A DNA stretch of 64,000 nt from assembly GCA_041691135.1 (NCBI GenBank), contig JBEPVF010000001.1, positions 192,001 to 256,000 on the forward strand, in the 5' to 3' direction. The notes beneath the pieces were generated by a model that worked only from the letters and a program-made list of their open reading frames with translations, made no database searches and was not told the DNA's origin. Positions 27,526 to 37,206 of this stretch are shown one piece after another; the stretch's first letter is position 1, and the number at the start of each line of letters is the position of its first letter. Position numbers and translations under genes: made by a program. This DNA is from Candidatus Peribacteria bacterium. GTDB taxonomy: Bacteria; Patescibacteriota; Gracilibacteria; Peribacterales; Peribacteraceae.

Positions 27526-29457
27526 ATGTCTAAAATTATCGGTATCGACCTCGGCACCACCAACTCCTGCGTCGCAGTGATCGAAGGAGGGGAGCCGACT
27601 GTCATCCCCAATGCAGAAGGAGCACGCACGACTCCATCAGTCGTCGCTTTCAAAGACAGTGAAGTACTCGTCGGTGTGGCCGCCAAGCGCCAAGCCGTCA
27701 CCAATCCGAAGAACACGATCTTCTCGGCCAAACGTTTTATCGGACATCGCTACAACGAAGTGGAAAAAGAGGCGAAGGCCATGCCGTTCGAAGTAAAAGA
27801 AGGAAAAGAGGGGAGAGCCGCGATCGTCGTGAATGGTAAAGAAATGCTCCCGCAGGAAGTGAGCGCCAAAGTATTGCAAAAACTCAAGCGTGACGCCGAG
27901 GCGTTTCTTGGCACGACGGTCACAAAGGCTGTAATCACCGTGCCGGCATACTTCGACGATTCGCAACGCCAAGCCACAAAAGACGCCGGACAAATTGCCG
28001 GTCTGGAAGTGGTCCGCATCATCAACGAACCGACTGCGGCAGCACTTGCTTACGGTCTGGACAAAAGTCAGGCACAGAAGATTGTCGTCTATGACCTCGG
28101 AGGCGGAACGTTCGACGTGTCGGTTCTGGAACTGGGCGACGGCGTGTTCGAAGTAGTTGCCACGAACGGCGACACACACCTCGGCGGTGACGACTTCGAC
28201 CAGGTAATCATTCAATGGATTTTGGACGAGTTCAAAAAGGAGCAGGGGATTGATCTGTCGCAGGACAAGATCGCACTGCAGCGTTTGAAGGAGGGCGCCG
28301 AGAAGGCGAAGATCGAACTCAGCTCGGCCAACGAAACGGATATTAATCTGCCGTTCATCACCGCTGATGCGACCGGCCCGAAACATCTGAACTTGAAACT
28401 GAGCCGTGCCAAACTCGAAGCGCTCGTGCAGCCTTTGATCGACAAAACGGTCGGACCCTGCGAAGCGGCGCTCAAAGATGCCAATATCAAGAAGGAGGAA
28501 ATCAGCGAAGTAGTGCTCGTGGGAGGTATGACGCGCATGCCCGCCGTGATCGCGAAGGTGAAGGAACTCTTCGGCAAGGAACCGCACAAAGGCGTAAATC
28601 CGGACGAAGTGGTAGCCATCGGCGCCGCAATCCAGGCCGGCATTCTCGGCGGTGACATCAATAAGGACATCGTCCTGGTCGACGTGACGCCGCTGTCGCT
28701 TGGCATCGAAACACTCGGCGGCGTGGCGACGAAACTAATCGAGCGAAATTCGAAGATCCCCACCAGCAAAGCGCAGGTCTTCTCGACGGCAGCCGACAAT
28801 CAAACATCGGTGGAAATACATGTGGTGCAAGGTGGACGCGAAATGGCTGCCGATAATAAATCACTTGGTCGCTTTATCCTCGATGGCATTCTGTCGGCTC
28901 CGCGCGGCATGCCGCAGATCGAAGTGGCATTCGATCTCGATACCAACGGTATTCTGAGTGTGAAAGCCAAGGACAAGGGAACCGGCAAGGAGCAACACAT
29001 CACCATTCAGGGTTCGACGGGCCTTAGCAAAGAAGAAGTCGAGAAGATGCAGAAGGATGCGGAACTCCATGCCGAGGAAGACAAGAAGAAGCGCGAAATG
29101 ATCGATACTCGCAACAGCGCCGATGCGCTCGTGTTCAGCATCGAAAAACAGATGCGCGAGTACGATGCAAAAATTCCAGACGAGACCAAGAAGAAGGTGA
29201 ATGAGAAAATCAATGCGCTCAAGGACCTGTTGAAGAAAGAAGATACGGACCTGGACACGCTCAAGAAAGCGACGGAGGCACTGGGTACCGAGGCACAGGA
29301 AATCGGCAAGATCGTCTACGAGCAGGCACAGAAGGATCAAGCCGCTGCGGGCGGGGCAAAAGACGGCGAGAAGAAAGATGCTTCATCCGAGCCTGTTGAC
29401 GCAGAAGTCGTAGACGATAAGAAAGAGGGCGATGGCCCAGAAGTGCATAAAGCGTAA
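27526..29457 (+). CDS. dnaK: chaperone DnaK
   Basis: [31 protein letters not shown]. Confidence 0.99.
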   Translation: MSKIIGIDLGTTNSCVAVIEGGEPTVIPNAEGARTTPSVVAFKDSEVLVGVAAKRQAVTNPKNTIFSAKRFIGHRYNEVEKEAKAMPFEVKEGKEGRAAIVVNGKEMLPQEVSAKVLQKLKRDAEAFLGTTVTKAVITVPAYFDDSQRQATKDAGQIAGLEVVRIINEPTAAALAYGLDKSQAQKIVVYDLGGGTFDVSVLELGDGVFEVVATNGDTHLGGDDFDQVIIQWILDEFKKEQGIDLSQDKIALQRLKEGAEKAKIELSSANETDINLPFITADATGPKHLNLKLSRAKLEALVQPLIDKTVGPCEAALKDANIKKEEISEVVLVGGMTRMPAVIAKVKELFGKEPHKGVNPDEVVAIGAAIQAGILGGDINKDIVLVDVTPLSLGIETLGGVATKLIERNSKIPTSKAQVFSTAADNQTSVEIHVVQGGREMAADNKSLGRFILDGILSAPRGMPQIEVAFDLDTNGILSVKAKDKGTGKEQHITIQGSTGLSKEEVEKMQKDAELHAEEDKKKREMIDTRNSADALVFSIEKQMREYDAKIPDETKKKVNEKINALKDLLKKEDTDLDTLKKATEALGTEAQEIGKIVYEQAQKDQAAAGGAKDGEKKDASSEPVDAEVVDDKKEGDGPEVHKA

Positions 29458-29480
29458 TTTTAAACGATTATAGGAACAGC

Positions 29481-29518
29481 ATAACCGCGGCAAGGATCAC
29501 AATCCCTGCCGCGGTTAT
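29481..29518 (+). terminator. dnaK terminator hairpin
   Basis: ATAACCGCGGCA ... TGCCGCGGTTAT. Confidence 0.75.
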
Positions 29519-29536
29519 TGATGGTAGAATTGCGCC

Positions 29537-30013
29537 ATGACCAGCCAGGGCCCCATCACCACCGACATCGATGTTCTGCGCGAGATGGTGCGTCTGGCAG
29601 AACGTTTGCGCGACGAAGAATTCCTCTCCATGGAGCGCACCAATCGCTACAACTCCGGACTCATCGCGTTCTCCACCGGCTTTCTATCATTCATGATCAA
29701 TGCGCAATTTCCAAAAGCGACGGTACAAATAGCGGGGATTTTTCTGATCGGCTCGATCATCACTTCACTTATTGCACTCAGCCCGCGCAAATTACACGGA
29801 GCCGCCGTGCGGATTGACGAAGACATCAAAGCCATCTGGAGCGGAGCTCAACTCGACCTGCCGGCCTATCTGCTCGAAACAGCCGACGTCACCGACAAGG
29901 CTGCCATGGCGATTGCCAAACGCGGATCGCAGAAGAAATACCTCACCGTCATATCGGCGCTGTGCCTTGCTTTTGCGCTAGGTACAACGTATTATTTGTA
30001 TACATATGCCTAG
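29537..30013 (+). CDS. hypothetical membrane protein (3 TM)
   Basis: 158-aa ORF with hydrophobic segments. Confidence 0.7.
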   Translation: MTSQGPITTDIDVLREMVRLAERLRDEEFLSMERTNRYNSGLIAFSTGFLSFMINAQFPKATVQIAGIFLIGSIITSLIALSPRKLHGAAVRIDEDIKAIWSGAQLDLPAYLLETADVTDKAAMAIAKRGSQKKYLTVISALCLAFALGTTYYLYTYA

Positions 30014-30094
30014 ACCAGGAACCATTGTCGAAGGGATCTGACCGCCTCTACCAAAATCAGTAGGGCCGCGAGAATTTGCTACGCACATCACACA

Positions 30095-30790
30095 TTACAT
30101 TTCTACGGAAACCTGATCGGGTGAAAGAATATATTTTTTGAGCGATCCGCCGCAAAACTGCTGGACCAAGTTTTCGAGTTCCTGAAGCGATTTTTCCAAT
30201 GATCCATCATCGATCAGGCTCTCAACTACTAACACTGCGTTTTCCGTCTGATTCGTCAGTTTTGTTCGGTCTCCTTCACGCCAGTTAAACTTACGACAGA
30301 TGACACCCTGATCATCGCGGTAGATTACTTCGCCGAGGAGCGGGGGATCAGCGGTCACACTGCCTATTTCAAAAAATTCCTCTGAGGCGGCCGACAGAGT
30401 GAGGCGAATATCGCCGATCGTTCGATCAAGGTCCTCACCGCCGGCAGTCAACAAATGTGTGATCGAGATGATATTGTAGAGATCGACGAGTGAATTGATG
30501 CTCGGCAATTCACCGCCTTTCACGACTCGCTTCACCAATGCTTGCACCGACGGCTGATCGCGATTCGGATTGTTGCCGAATTTTTTGTGTGCTTCCTGCC
30601 ATGCCGCGATATGCGGATGTTCTTTAAACGTCTCGGCCTGTAGCGACGAACGCACTTGTGCTTCGGCTGCGCGGAGAAGGGGAATAATCTCCGAATGGAC
30701 AATCGCATTGTCAGCTCCGCGCACGACAATCAACCCCACGCGAAGCGCGGGATGACGTTCAAAAATTTGAGGATCGATAGAAAAAGTCAT
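30095..30790 (-). CDS. B3/B4 domain protein (PheRS editing-like)
   Basis: PSINSLVDLYN, GGEDLD, CRKFNWRE. Confidence 0.88.
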   Translation of the reverse strand: MTFSIDPQIFERHPALRVGLIVVRGADNAIVHSEIIPLLRAAEAQVRSSLQAETFKEHPHIAAWQEAHKKFGNNPNRDQPSVQALVKRVVKGGELPSINSLVDLYNIISITHLLTAGGEDLDRTIGDIRLTLSAASEEFFEIGSVTADPPLLGEVIYRDDQGVICRKFNWREGDRTKLTNQTENAVLVVESLIDDGSLEKSLQELENLVQQFCGGSLKKYILSPDQVSVEM

Positions 30791-30819
30791 AGTGAAGTAA
30801 GAATATGGTTCAGCTTTCC

Positions 30820-31824
30820 TTACAGCTTTGACCCCACGTATCGAGCCAGCTCGACCAAACGATTGGAGTAGCCCCATTCGTTGTCGTACCAACCGAACGC
30901 TTTCACCATCGTACCGCCAATGACTTCGGTGAGATCACTGTCGATGATGCAGCTATGCGGATTGCCGACGAAGTCTTTGAGTACGAGCGGGCGATCTTCC
31001 ACTTGAAGAATATTTTTCATCGCACCGGACTCGGCTTTTTTGAATGCTGCATTCACTTCTTCCTTCGTCGTCGCCTTGCTGACCGTGACCGTCAAATCGG
31101 TAATGCTGCCAGTGGGAGTTGGGACGCGAATAGAAACTCCGCTCAATTTCCCTTTGAGCTCAGGAACAACCAGACCGATCGCCTTCGCGGCGCCAGTCGA
31201 TGTCGGTACAAGGTTCACGGCGGCAGCGCGAGCACGGCGCAAATCCTTGTGCGGCAAGTCCAGCAGATTCTGATCATTGGTATAACTGTGGATCGTCGTC
31301 ATCAAGCCGTGCTCAATACTGAACGTGTCATGAAGCACTTTCGCCATCGGCGCCAAGCAGTTCGTGGTGCACGACGCGTTTGAAATGATGTCCATTTTTT
31401 TTGCATCATACGATTCATGATTCACACCAATACAGAACGTTCCATCGATTTCGTCCTTTGCTGGAGCCGAAATAATGACCTTCTTGGCACCGGCCTTCAA
31501 GTGCTGTGATGCGCCTTCGCGACTCGTGAAAAACCCGGTGCACTCAAGTACCACATCTACCTTGAGTTCTTTATGAGGCAATTGCGACGGGTCTTTCTGT
31601 GCCGTCAAACGGATCGTGTCGTTGCCGGTGATCAGATTTCCATCCTTGAGGGTGACGCCGCCATTGAAGTGACCGTACGTGGAATCGAACTCAAACAGAT
31701 GTGCGAGCGTGGCAGGATCCGTCAGATCGTTGATAAGTACAACGTTCACATCGGGATACTGAGTCTGAATGATGCGCAGTGCTTGGCGTCCGATCCGGCC
31801 GAAGCCGTTGATAGCGAGATTCAT
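30820..31824 (-). CDS. gap: glyceraldehyde-3-phosphate dehydrogenase, type I
   Basis: INGFGRIGR, NASCTTNC, WYDNEWGY. Confidence 0.98.
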   Translation of the reverse strand: MNLAINGFGRIGRQALRIIQTQYPDVNVVLINDLTDPATLAHLFEFDSTYGHFNGGVTLKDGNLITGNDTIRLTAQKDPSQLPHKELKVDVVLECTGFFTSREGASQHLKAGAKKVIISAPAKDEIDGTFCIGVNHESYDAKKMDIISNASCTTNCLAPMAKVLHDTFSIEHGLMTTIHSYTNDQNLLDLPHKDLRRARAAAVNLVPTSTGAAKAIGLVVPELKGKLSGVSIRVPTPTGSITDLTVTVSKATTKEEVNAAFKKAESGAMKNILQVEDRPLVLKDFVGNPHSCIIDSDLTEVIGGTMVKAFGWYDNEWGYSNRLVELARYVGSKL

Positions 31825-31945
31825 AGAAAAGAAGAGGGGAATCCCCCTCACTTTAACATGAATTAAAACGCAGTCTGAAGGCATAATTATGAACTCAAAG
31901 GAAGAATTATTTACATAAACAATTTATGTTATAGAATTCTATATT

Positions 31946-32416
31946 ATGAATAATGCCAAAATTTTTCGAGAAGACGACTACAGAGAACAGGTTATTCCGA
32001 ATGGCTACGGCATAGTACGATTTGAAAAAGTAGACCCACTCACTCGAGAGTTCGTTGCCTATAGACAGTCGGGTGTTGTCGAAAGTGATATTCATACTGG
32101 CGATGCAATAGAAATAGAGGGAGTCGGCAGGCTACCGACAGTCAAAGAGATTATAAGTGACAGGCGGGAATGCTTTTTTATTTTGTTTGAAAATGACCAC
32201 ATGTATAGAGTTGCTTGGATAAGCAAAGCGTACCCAGATTCAAGGGCAAGAAGTATCACGGGCAATCGTATAAAGGAGAAAGCTGCTTCCGAACCTCCTC
32301 TGATACAAATTATTATTAATGGTCCTGTAGACCCAAACGAAATAGCTGCAAAAATAGCAGAAGCTTTAGTGAAACAAAAGAATCCAGAGCCACCAGAGCT
32401 GTCTCACAAACCCTGA
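31946..32416 (+). CDS. hypothetical protein (AT-rich)
   Basis: 156-aa ORF; no recognisable motif. Confidence 0.55.
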   Translation: MNNAKIFREDDYREQVIPNGYGIVRFEKVDPLTREFVAYRQSGVVESDIHTGDAIEIEGVGRLPTVKEIISDRRECFFILFENDHMYRVAWISKAYPDSRARSITGNRIKEKAASEPPLIQIIINGPVDPNEIAAKIAEALVKQKNPEPPELSHKP

Positions 32417-33228
32417 TACGTTTTCTGCATCAGCAAGGTGTCTTCTTCCAGAAGAGGGGACTCGCACACCACCGTCCCACCAATCTTTCGATTTTTGAGG
32501 ACTTTGATGAAATCCTTCCATTTGGCATCACTCTCCTGCAACGGTAAATGACGTCTTTCACCAGCAGCGGTGTATTCGATGCCCGAGAAATGCATGTGAA
32601 CATTGGAGAGCGATTTCTTACCCAAATATTTTTCGTACAAGTCGAACATCTCGTTCCATTCTTTTGTGGAGTTAATCAGACCGTTGGTGCGCGCGTGCAT
32701 GTGTGCCGGATCGACCACCGGATACAGATCGTATTCCTTGCTGATGCGCAGCACTTCTTCGAGCGTGCCGAACTGCGACGATTTTCCCATCGTTTCGAGT
32801 CCCAGATTCACATGCGGAAATAATTTCTTCTTATGCGCCATAATGCGATCGACGCATTCCCGCACATTTTCGTAGACCGCATCCGGTTCCATTTTTCGAT
32901 TGAACGCGGCATGCACGCATACCGATCGAACACCGGCGAGCTCACTCATGCTCAACGCATCCAAAATACGCTTAACAGATGCCTCAATTGTCTCGGGCTT
33001 GTCGGAATTCAGATTGATGTAGTACGGCGCATGCACGGTGAGCGTCATCTTCAGCCTTTCGGCATATTCACGAATCTCGGCCATGCGTTCGGGATTCCTG
33101 GGAACGCTCTGCACCCATTCCAACTCCATAGCCGTAATACCGATTGAATGAGCGTATTCAAGCCCTTTGCAAGTTCCACCCGGTTTGGGAGTTTTGAGCG
33201 GAACGCCGGCGACTGCGAATTGAAGCAT
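32404..33228 (-). CDS. nfo: endonuclease IV (AP endonuclease 2 family)
   Basis: HAPYYINL, LETMGK, DPAHMHAR, HMHFSG, CESP. Confidence 0.9.
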   Translation of the reverse strand: MLQFAVAGVPLKTPKPGGTCKGLEYAHSIGITAMELEWVQSVPRNPERMAEIREYAERLKMTLTVHAPYYINLNSDKPETIEASVKRILDALSMSELAGVRSVCVHAAFNRKMEPDAVYENVRECVDRIMAHKKKLFPHVNLGLETMGKSSQFGTLEEVLRISKEYDLYPVVDPAHMHARTNGLINSTKEWNEMFDLYEKYLGKKSLSNVHMHFSGIEYTAAGERRHLPLQESDAKWKDFIKVLKNRKIGGTVVCESPLLEEDTLLMQKTYQGL

Positions 33229-33233
33229 AAAGA

Positions 33234-33311
33234 GAATGTAGAATGTACAATTGAAAATGTACAATGAATGTTTAGCTGCATTGTACATTGTAAATTTTTC
33301 ATTTTACATTT
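33234..33311. repeat. inverted pair of heptamer arrays filling the nfo/cca divergent intergenic region
   Basis: GAATGTAGAATGTACAATTGAAAATGTACAATG ... CATTGTACATTGTAAATTTTTCATTTTACATTT. Confidence 0.85.
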
Positions 33312-33316
33312 CATCC

Positions 33317-34666
33317 GTGCCCATTAATCCCACGATCATCGATCAAACCTTGGCGACTCCTTATGGCGAACGCGCATATAAGACTGTCGAGACATTGAGC
33401 GATGCCGGATACGATACGTGGTGGGTTGGCGGGGGAGTGCGCGATCTGCTGCTTGGAAAAATCCCGAAGGACATCGACATTGCGACCGAAGCGTTGCCGG
33501 AACAAATCGACAAACTATTCCCGCGCGTCGATATGTCACCGGCGTCACTTGGAAGCGTACGTATTCCAATGGGATCTGATCTATTTGAAGTCACTACGTT
33601 TCGCGAAGAAGACGAAGCATCCGATGGTCGACATCCCGAATCGGTCATGTTCGGCAAACGTGAGCAGGATGCCAAGCGCCGCGACCTCACGATCAATGCG
33701 CTCTACTATCATCCTATTTCTCGTGAGCTATACGACCCTTTCAACGGTGAAGCGGACGTGAAGGAAAAACTTATCCGATTCATCGGTGATCCGGCTATTC
33801 GCATCAAACATGATGCGTTGCGCATTCTGCGTGCCGTCCGTTTTCGCGCACTGCTGGATGGGCAGTATCATCCGGGAACCTATGCCGCATTGCACGAGCA
33901 GGGATCGCTCGTCGAAATCCTCTCCGGGCAGCGCAAACTGGAAGAGCTCGCCAAATTACTCAAAGGTCCGCGTCCGCAAAGGGGATTGGAGGATCTGTGG
34001 GAACTCGGCGTGCTGCCGTACTTTCTGCCCGAACTGTACAAATGCAAAGGCATGCCACAACCGATTGAATTTCATCAGGAAGGCGATGTGTGGAATCACT
34101 TGATGCAATGCCTCGCATCATTCCGTGAAGATGACGGCATTGATGTGCGATTGGCCGCGCTCTTTCACGACATCGGAAAAGCCGACACCTTCGCTCTCAA
34201 AGAACGCATTCGCTTCGATCATCATGCGACAGTGTCCGCCGATCTGACCGATGCGATTCTGACGCGCCTGCAATGTCCCACTAAACGTCGCGACAAAATT
34301 ACGTGGCTGATCAAGCATCACATGATGATGGGCACCTTCTTCGAGATCGACGACGAGCGCAAGGCACACTGGTATTTTCACCCATGGTTCCAGGAACTTC
34401 TGGCCGTCTTCTGGCTCGATATCGCCGGCACCACGCCATCGAACTTCAAAATGTACGACGATATCGTCACCGACTACAACCACTTCCTCGACGCCCACCC
34501 GCGTCCGCAGAAACCACTCCTCACCGGTGAAGAAGTGATGGAGATCTTGAACATTCAACCCGGCGCTAAAGTGGGAGAATTGCTCAAAAATCTTCACGAC
34601 GCACAGATAAAAGGTAAGGTGACGTCAAAGAACGAGGCGCGAGATTTCCTCTTACAGATGCAGTAA
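33317..34666 (+). CDS. cca: CCA tRNA nucleotidyltransferase with HD domain
   Basis: VGGGVRD, DIDIAT, RRDLTINA, LRILRAVRF, FHDIGK; GTG start. Confidence 0.92.
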   Translation: MPINPTIIDQTLATPYGERAYKTVETLSDAGYDTWWVGGGVRDLLLGKIPKDIDIATEALPEQIDKLFPRVDMSPASLGSVRIPMGSDLFEVTTFREEDEASDGRHPESVMFGKREQDAKRRDLTINALYYHPISRELYDPFNGEADVKEKLIRFIGDPAIRIKHDALRILRAVRFRALLDGQYHPGTYAALHEQGSLVEILSGQRKLEELAKLLKGPRPQRGLEDLWELGVLPYFLPELYKCKGMPQPIEFHQEGDVWNHLMQCLASFREDDGIDVRLAALFHDIGKADTFALKERIRFDHHATVSADLTDAILTRLQCPTKRRDKITWLIKHHMMMGTFFEIDDERKAHWYFHPWFQELLAVFWLDIAGTTPSNFKMYDDIVTDYNHFLDAHPRPQKPLLTGEEVMEILNIQPGAKVGELLKNLHDAQIKGKVTSKNEARDFLLQMQ

Positions 34667-34765
34667 GTTACTTAGTACAGAGGATCAATTTGACCTAAAA
34701 ATTTCTTGGAGGAAGCTAAGTGTATGTGATGGATCTCGTCAATTTTGATAAGCCGGGAGGGTCGT

Positions 34766-35017
34766 ATGCGAGTTCCGAGTCTTGCAAATCGTCACTATCC
34801 GCCGGTGATGCGGAAAGGCGACGACTGGGGGCTGCCAAAGCCCTCTTCAACGCCCAACCAAAGGGTAAAGATCGTCACGACCGTTGCGGTGTGGCTAATC
34901 GCGACGGTTGGCGTGGCCTACGGGCTACGTCAGAGCGCCGACCTTGTTCCAGTACCGGACCTCATTGGTCTGGGCACAGGCACACTGATCGCTGCACTCA
35001 AGCACCGCTTCTGGTAA
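34766..35017 (+). CDS. small hypothetical membrane protein
   Basis: Two hydrophobic stretches; followed by a hairpin at ~35032-35060. Confidence 0.45.
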   Translation: MRVPSLANRHYPPVMRKGDDWGLPKPSSTPNQRVKIVTTVAVWLIATVGVAYGLRQSADLVPVPDLIGLGTGTLIAALKHRFW

Positions 35018-35316
35018 TGCCAGTCGCGGCAGACGGCCCTCCCACTCGGGACGGGCCGTCGGTTTTATTGACGATTCTCCCAATCAGCTTTGATCGCTCG
35101 ATCCACATTCGCTTCCGAATCTTCGGTTTGAAATTCTCCCTCCGTTCCCCGGAATGAATTCTTGTTGTACTGCGGACCCATAGTGTCCGTGAGCTTATCG
35201 ACGTATTATTGATGCTTCATGTAGTTACTGACGACTTGAAGGTGTAGTAGTTACAAATTATTGACTGTTCACTGATCCACATTGTCCTCACTACCTGTTC
35301 TGGTATCCTTCCAATC

Positions 35317-35856
35317 ATGATTTTCGCACCGCTTCCCGGTAAACCATTGGTCACGCAGGGCTTCGGACAAAACCCCGACATCTACAAAGCATTTGGATTC
35401 GCCGGACACGAAGGAATCGACTTTGGTGTACCGGTCGGAACTGCGATCTACGCACCGCACGATGGGGTTGCGACGGTGAAAGACGATGGCACGAACGATT
35501 ACGGGCTTCACATTTCTATCGATGACGGCAAGCGCCGGAGCATACTGGCACATCTGTCGGAATCTGCAGTCACGACCGGTCAGACAATTTACCAAGGCAT
35601 GCCACTTGGAAAGAGCGGCCAAAGCGGCAATGCAGAAGGGCCGCATCTACACTGGACGTACAAACAGATCAAGAATGGTACGGTGCTCAATAAAGATAAT
35701 GGCTACAACGGTGCGATCGACATCACCGAATTTACGCGTTTATGGTTGGATCAGGATTTACATCATGATGCTCAATATTCAGATGATGCCAAACCGTACT
35801 TGGCTATGACATTTGCAGATAATCAGTATCTGAAGAATCCGGATCGGATAGCGTAA
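35317..35856 (+). CDS. M23 family metallopeptidase
   Basis: HEGIDF, LAHL and GPHLHW motifs. Confidence 0.9.
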   Translation: MIFAPLPGKPLVTQGFGQNPDIYKAFGFAGHEGIDFGVPVGTAIYAPHDGVATVKDDGTNDYGLHISIDDGKRRSILAHLSESAVTTGQTIYQGMPLGKSGQSGNAEGPHLHWTYKQIKNGTVLNKDNGYNGAIDITEFTRLWLDQDLHHDAQYSDDAKPYLAMTFADNQYLKNPDRIA

Positions 35857-35861
35857 TTTTT

Positions 35862-35894
35862 ACAAAACCCCGCTTCTTATTAGCGGGGTTTTGT
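35862..35894. terminator. bidirectional terminator
   Basis: ACAAAACCCCGCT ... AGCGGGGTTTTGT between convergent genes. Confidence 0.8.
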
Positions 35895-35903
35895 ACTGAC
35901 TTG

Positions 35904-36818
35904 CTAGTAACTACTGAGAGTCCGCATACTCGATTGTCCGCTCAACGTTCCCGTCCCACGCAGATCAAATGATCCGCCGCTGGAAGGAGCCGTAAGCGAT
36001 GTGCCGAAGTTTCCGCCGCCGTCCGCTGTCACGGTTGCCATCTTCGTCCCGCCTACATATAAATCAACCGGCTCATTGGGCGCATAACCCGTTCCACTGA
36101 CTCCGAAAGATTGTCCTCGACCCAAGTAGTACGTGGAAGGATTGATATTAGGATAGAAGTTCCCGACGACAACCGAAAACGACACATTGAAACCTGTCGT
36201 CTGTCCTACTAGTCGGAATGTTTGACTACTGGCAGCCATCGAGAAGGGGACGGTGTAGACATTCGAGACGGCAAAATTCCCACCGCCATCGGCAGTTGCA
36301 GTTGTAAGGAGTTGGTTCGACGGACCGAAGATCTTTACCGATTCATTGGTCGCAAAGTTATGGCCGAAGAAACCGATCTGCTGATTTGGCATGATGTAGT
36401 ACGCCGAAGGACCGCCAGTCGGATAGTAGCCGTGAACATAGTACGAGGCCGTCTGCGTTCGACCGGACGTCAAACCTCTGACGGTGACTGAATAGGGTCC
36501 GGCGGGCAGATAGGGCACTCCGAAAGTCGGCGTGGCGAAGTTACCGGCGCTGTCGGCATTAGCACCGACAGTCAATCCGGCAAATGTGGCTTGCACTTGT
36601 TCATTGGCGCCGAAACCATAACCATTGACTGTGAACCTGCTGCCAGGACTGCCGGCATACATACTGAGGATGACATAATTGCCGCTATCGGCATTGGCAG
36701 TGGGTGCGGTATGCGCGAAGGGGACAGGAAGAACGGTAATTGCCATAAGCGTTCCAGCAATGGCAACCGATGCGAGTACGCGGCCTTGGTCTTTGAGGAA
36801 TTTTTGGAGCGATTGCAT
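35904..36818 (-). CDS. secreted protein with three Ig-like repeats
   Basis: Signal peptide; repeated GxGFxxNExV ... ADxxGNF units. Confidence 0.8.
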   Translation of the reverse strand: MQSLQKFLKDQGRVLASVAIAGTLMAITVLPVPFAHTAPTANADSGNYVILSMYAGSPGSRFTVNGYGFGANEQVQATFAGLTVGANADSAGNFATPTFGVPYLPAGPYSVTVRGLTSGRTQTASYYVHGYYPTGGPSAYYIMPNQQIGFFGHNFATNESVKIFGPSNQLLTTATADGGGNFAVSNVYTVPFSMAASSQTFRLVGQTTGFNVSFSVVVGNFYPNINPSTYYLGRGQSFGVSGTGYAPNEPVDLYVGGTKMATVTADGGGNFGTSLTAPSSGGSFDLRGTGTLSGQSSMRTLSSY

Positions 36819-36978
36819 GGGAGAAAGGAGAAGATAGTAAATCAATGCACCAACCGGTGGACCTCTTTTTGACGCCTATCGAAAAGCAGCCTTACGATTT
36901 TTCTCTGTTTCTTGGCTTTCTCATGCCATCAGACTCTTGCTCTGCAGAGAAAACGTAGTGTGTTAGTATGAGTCACAA

Positions 36979-37063
36979 GGGCCAGTAGCTCAGTTGGCCT
37001 AGCTGCCGGAACGGCAGTGTGATAGACAAGTTGCACTTTTCTGAGCAGTTCATTTCTTACATC
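36979..37063 (+). repeat. duplicated tRNA-Ile 5' end plus CCTAGC-hairpin mini-element
   Basis: GGGCCAGTAGCTCAGTTGG identical at 36979-36997 and 37064-37082, then CCTAGCTGCCG-GAA-CGGCAGT. Confidence 0.8.
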
Positions 37064-37140
37064 GGGCCAGTAGCTCAGTTGGTTAGAGCACAGGACTTAT
37101 AAACCTGTGGTCGGTGGTTCAAGTCCACCCTGGCCCACCA
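37064..37140 (+). tRNA. tRNA-Ile(UAU)
   Basis: Cloverleaf; loop CT-TAT-AA (37096-37102); A73 and CCA; A31-A39 mismatch. Confidence 0.9.
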
Positions 37141-37206
37141 TCAATACCAACAGGTCGTTTATCGATACCCATTTCCAGCCACATGCGATTCTGTGCCATA
37201 ACCGTT

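Noticed and set aside
27637-28587. Long antisense ORFs over dnaK and the ABC genes (also 44283-45248, 53102-54055)
   Set aside because: Shadow frames of well-conserved genes with no motifs of their own.
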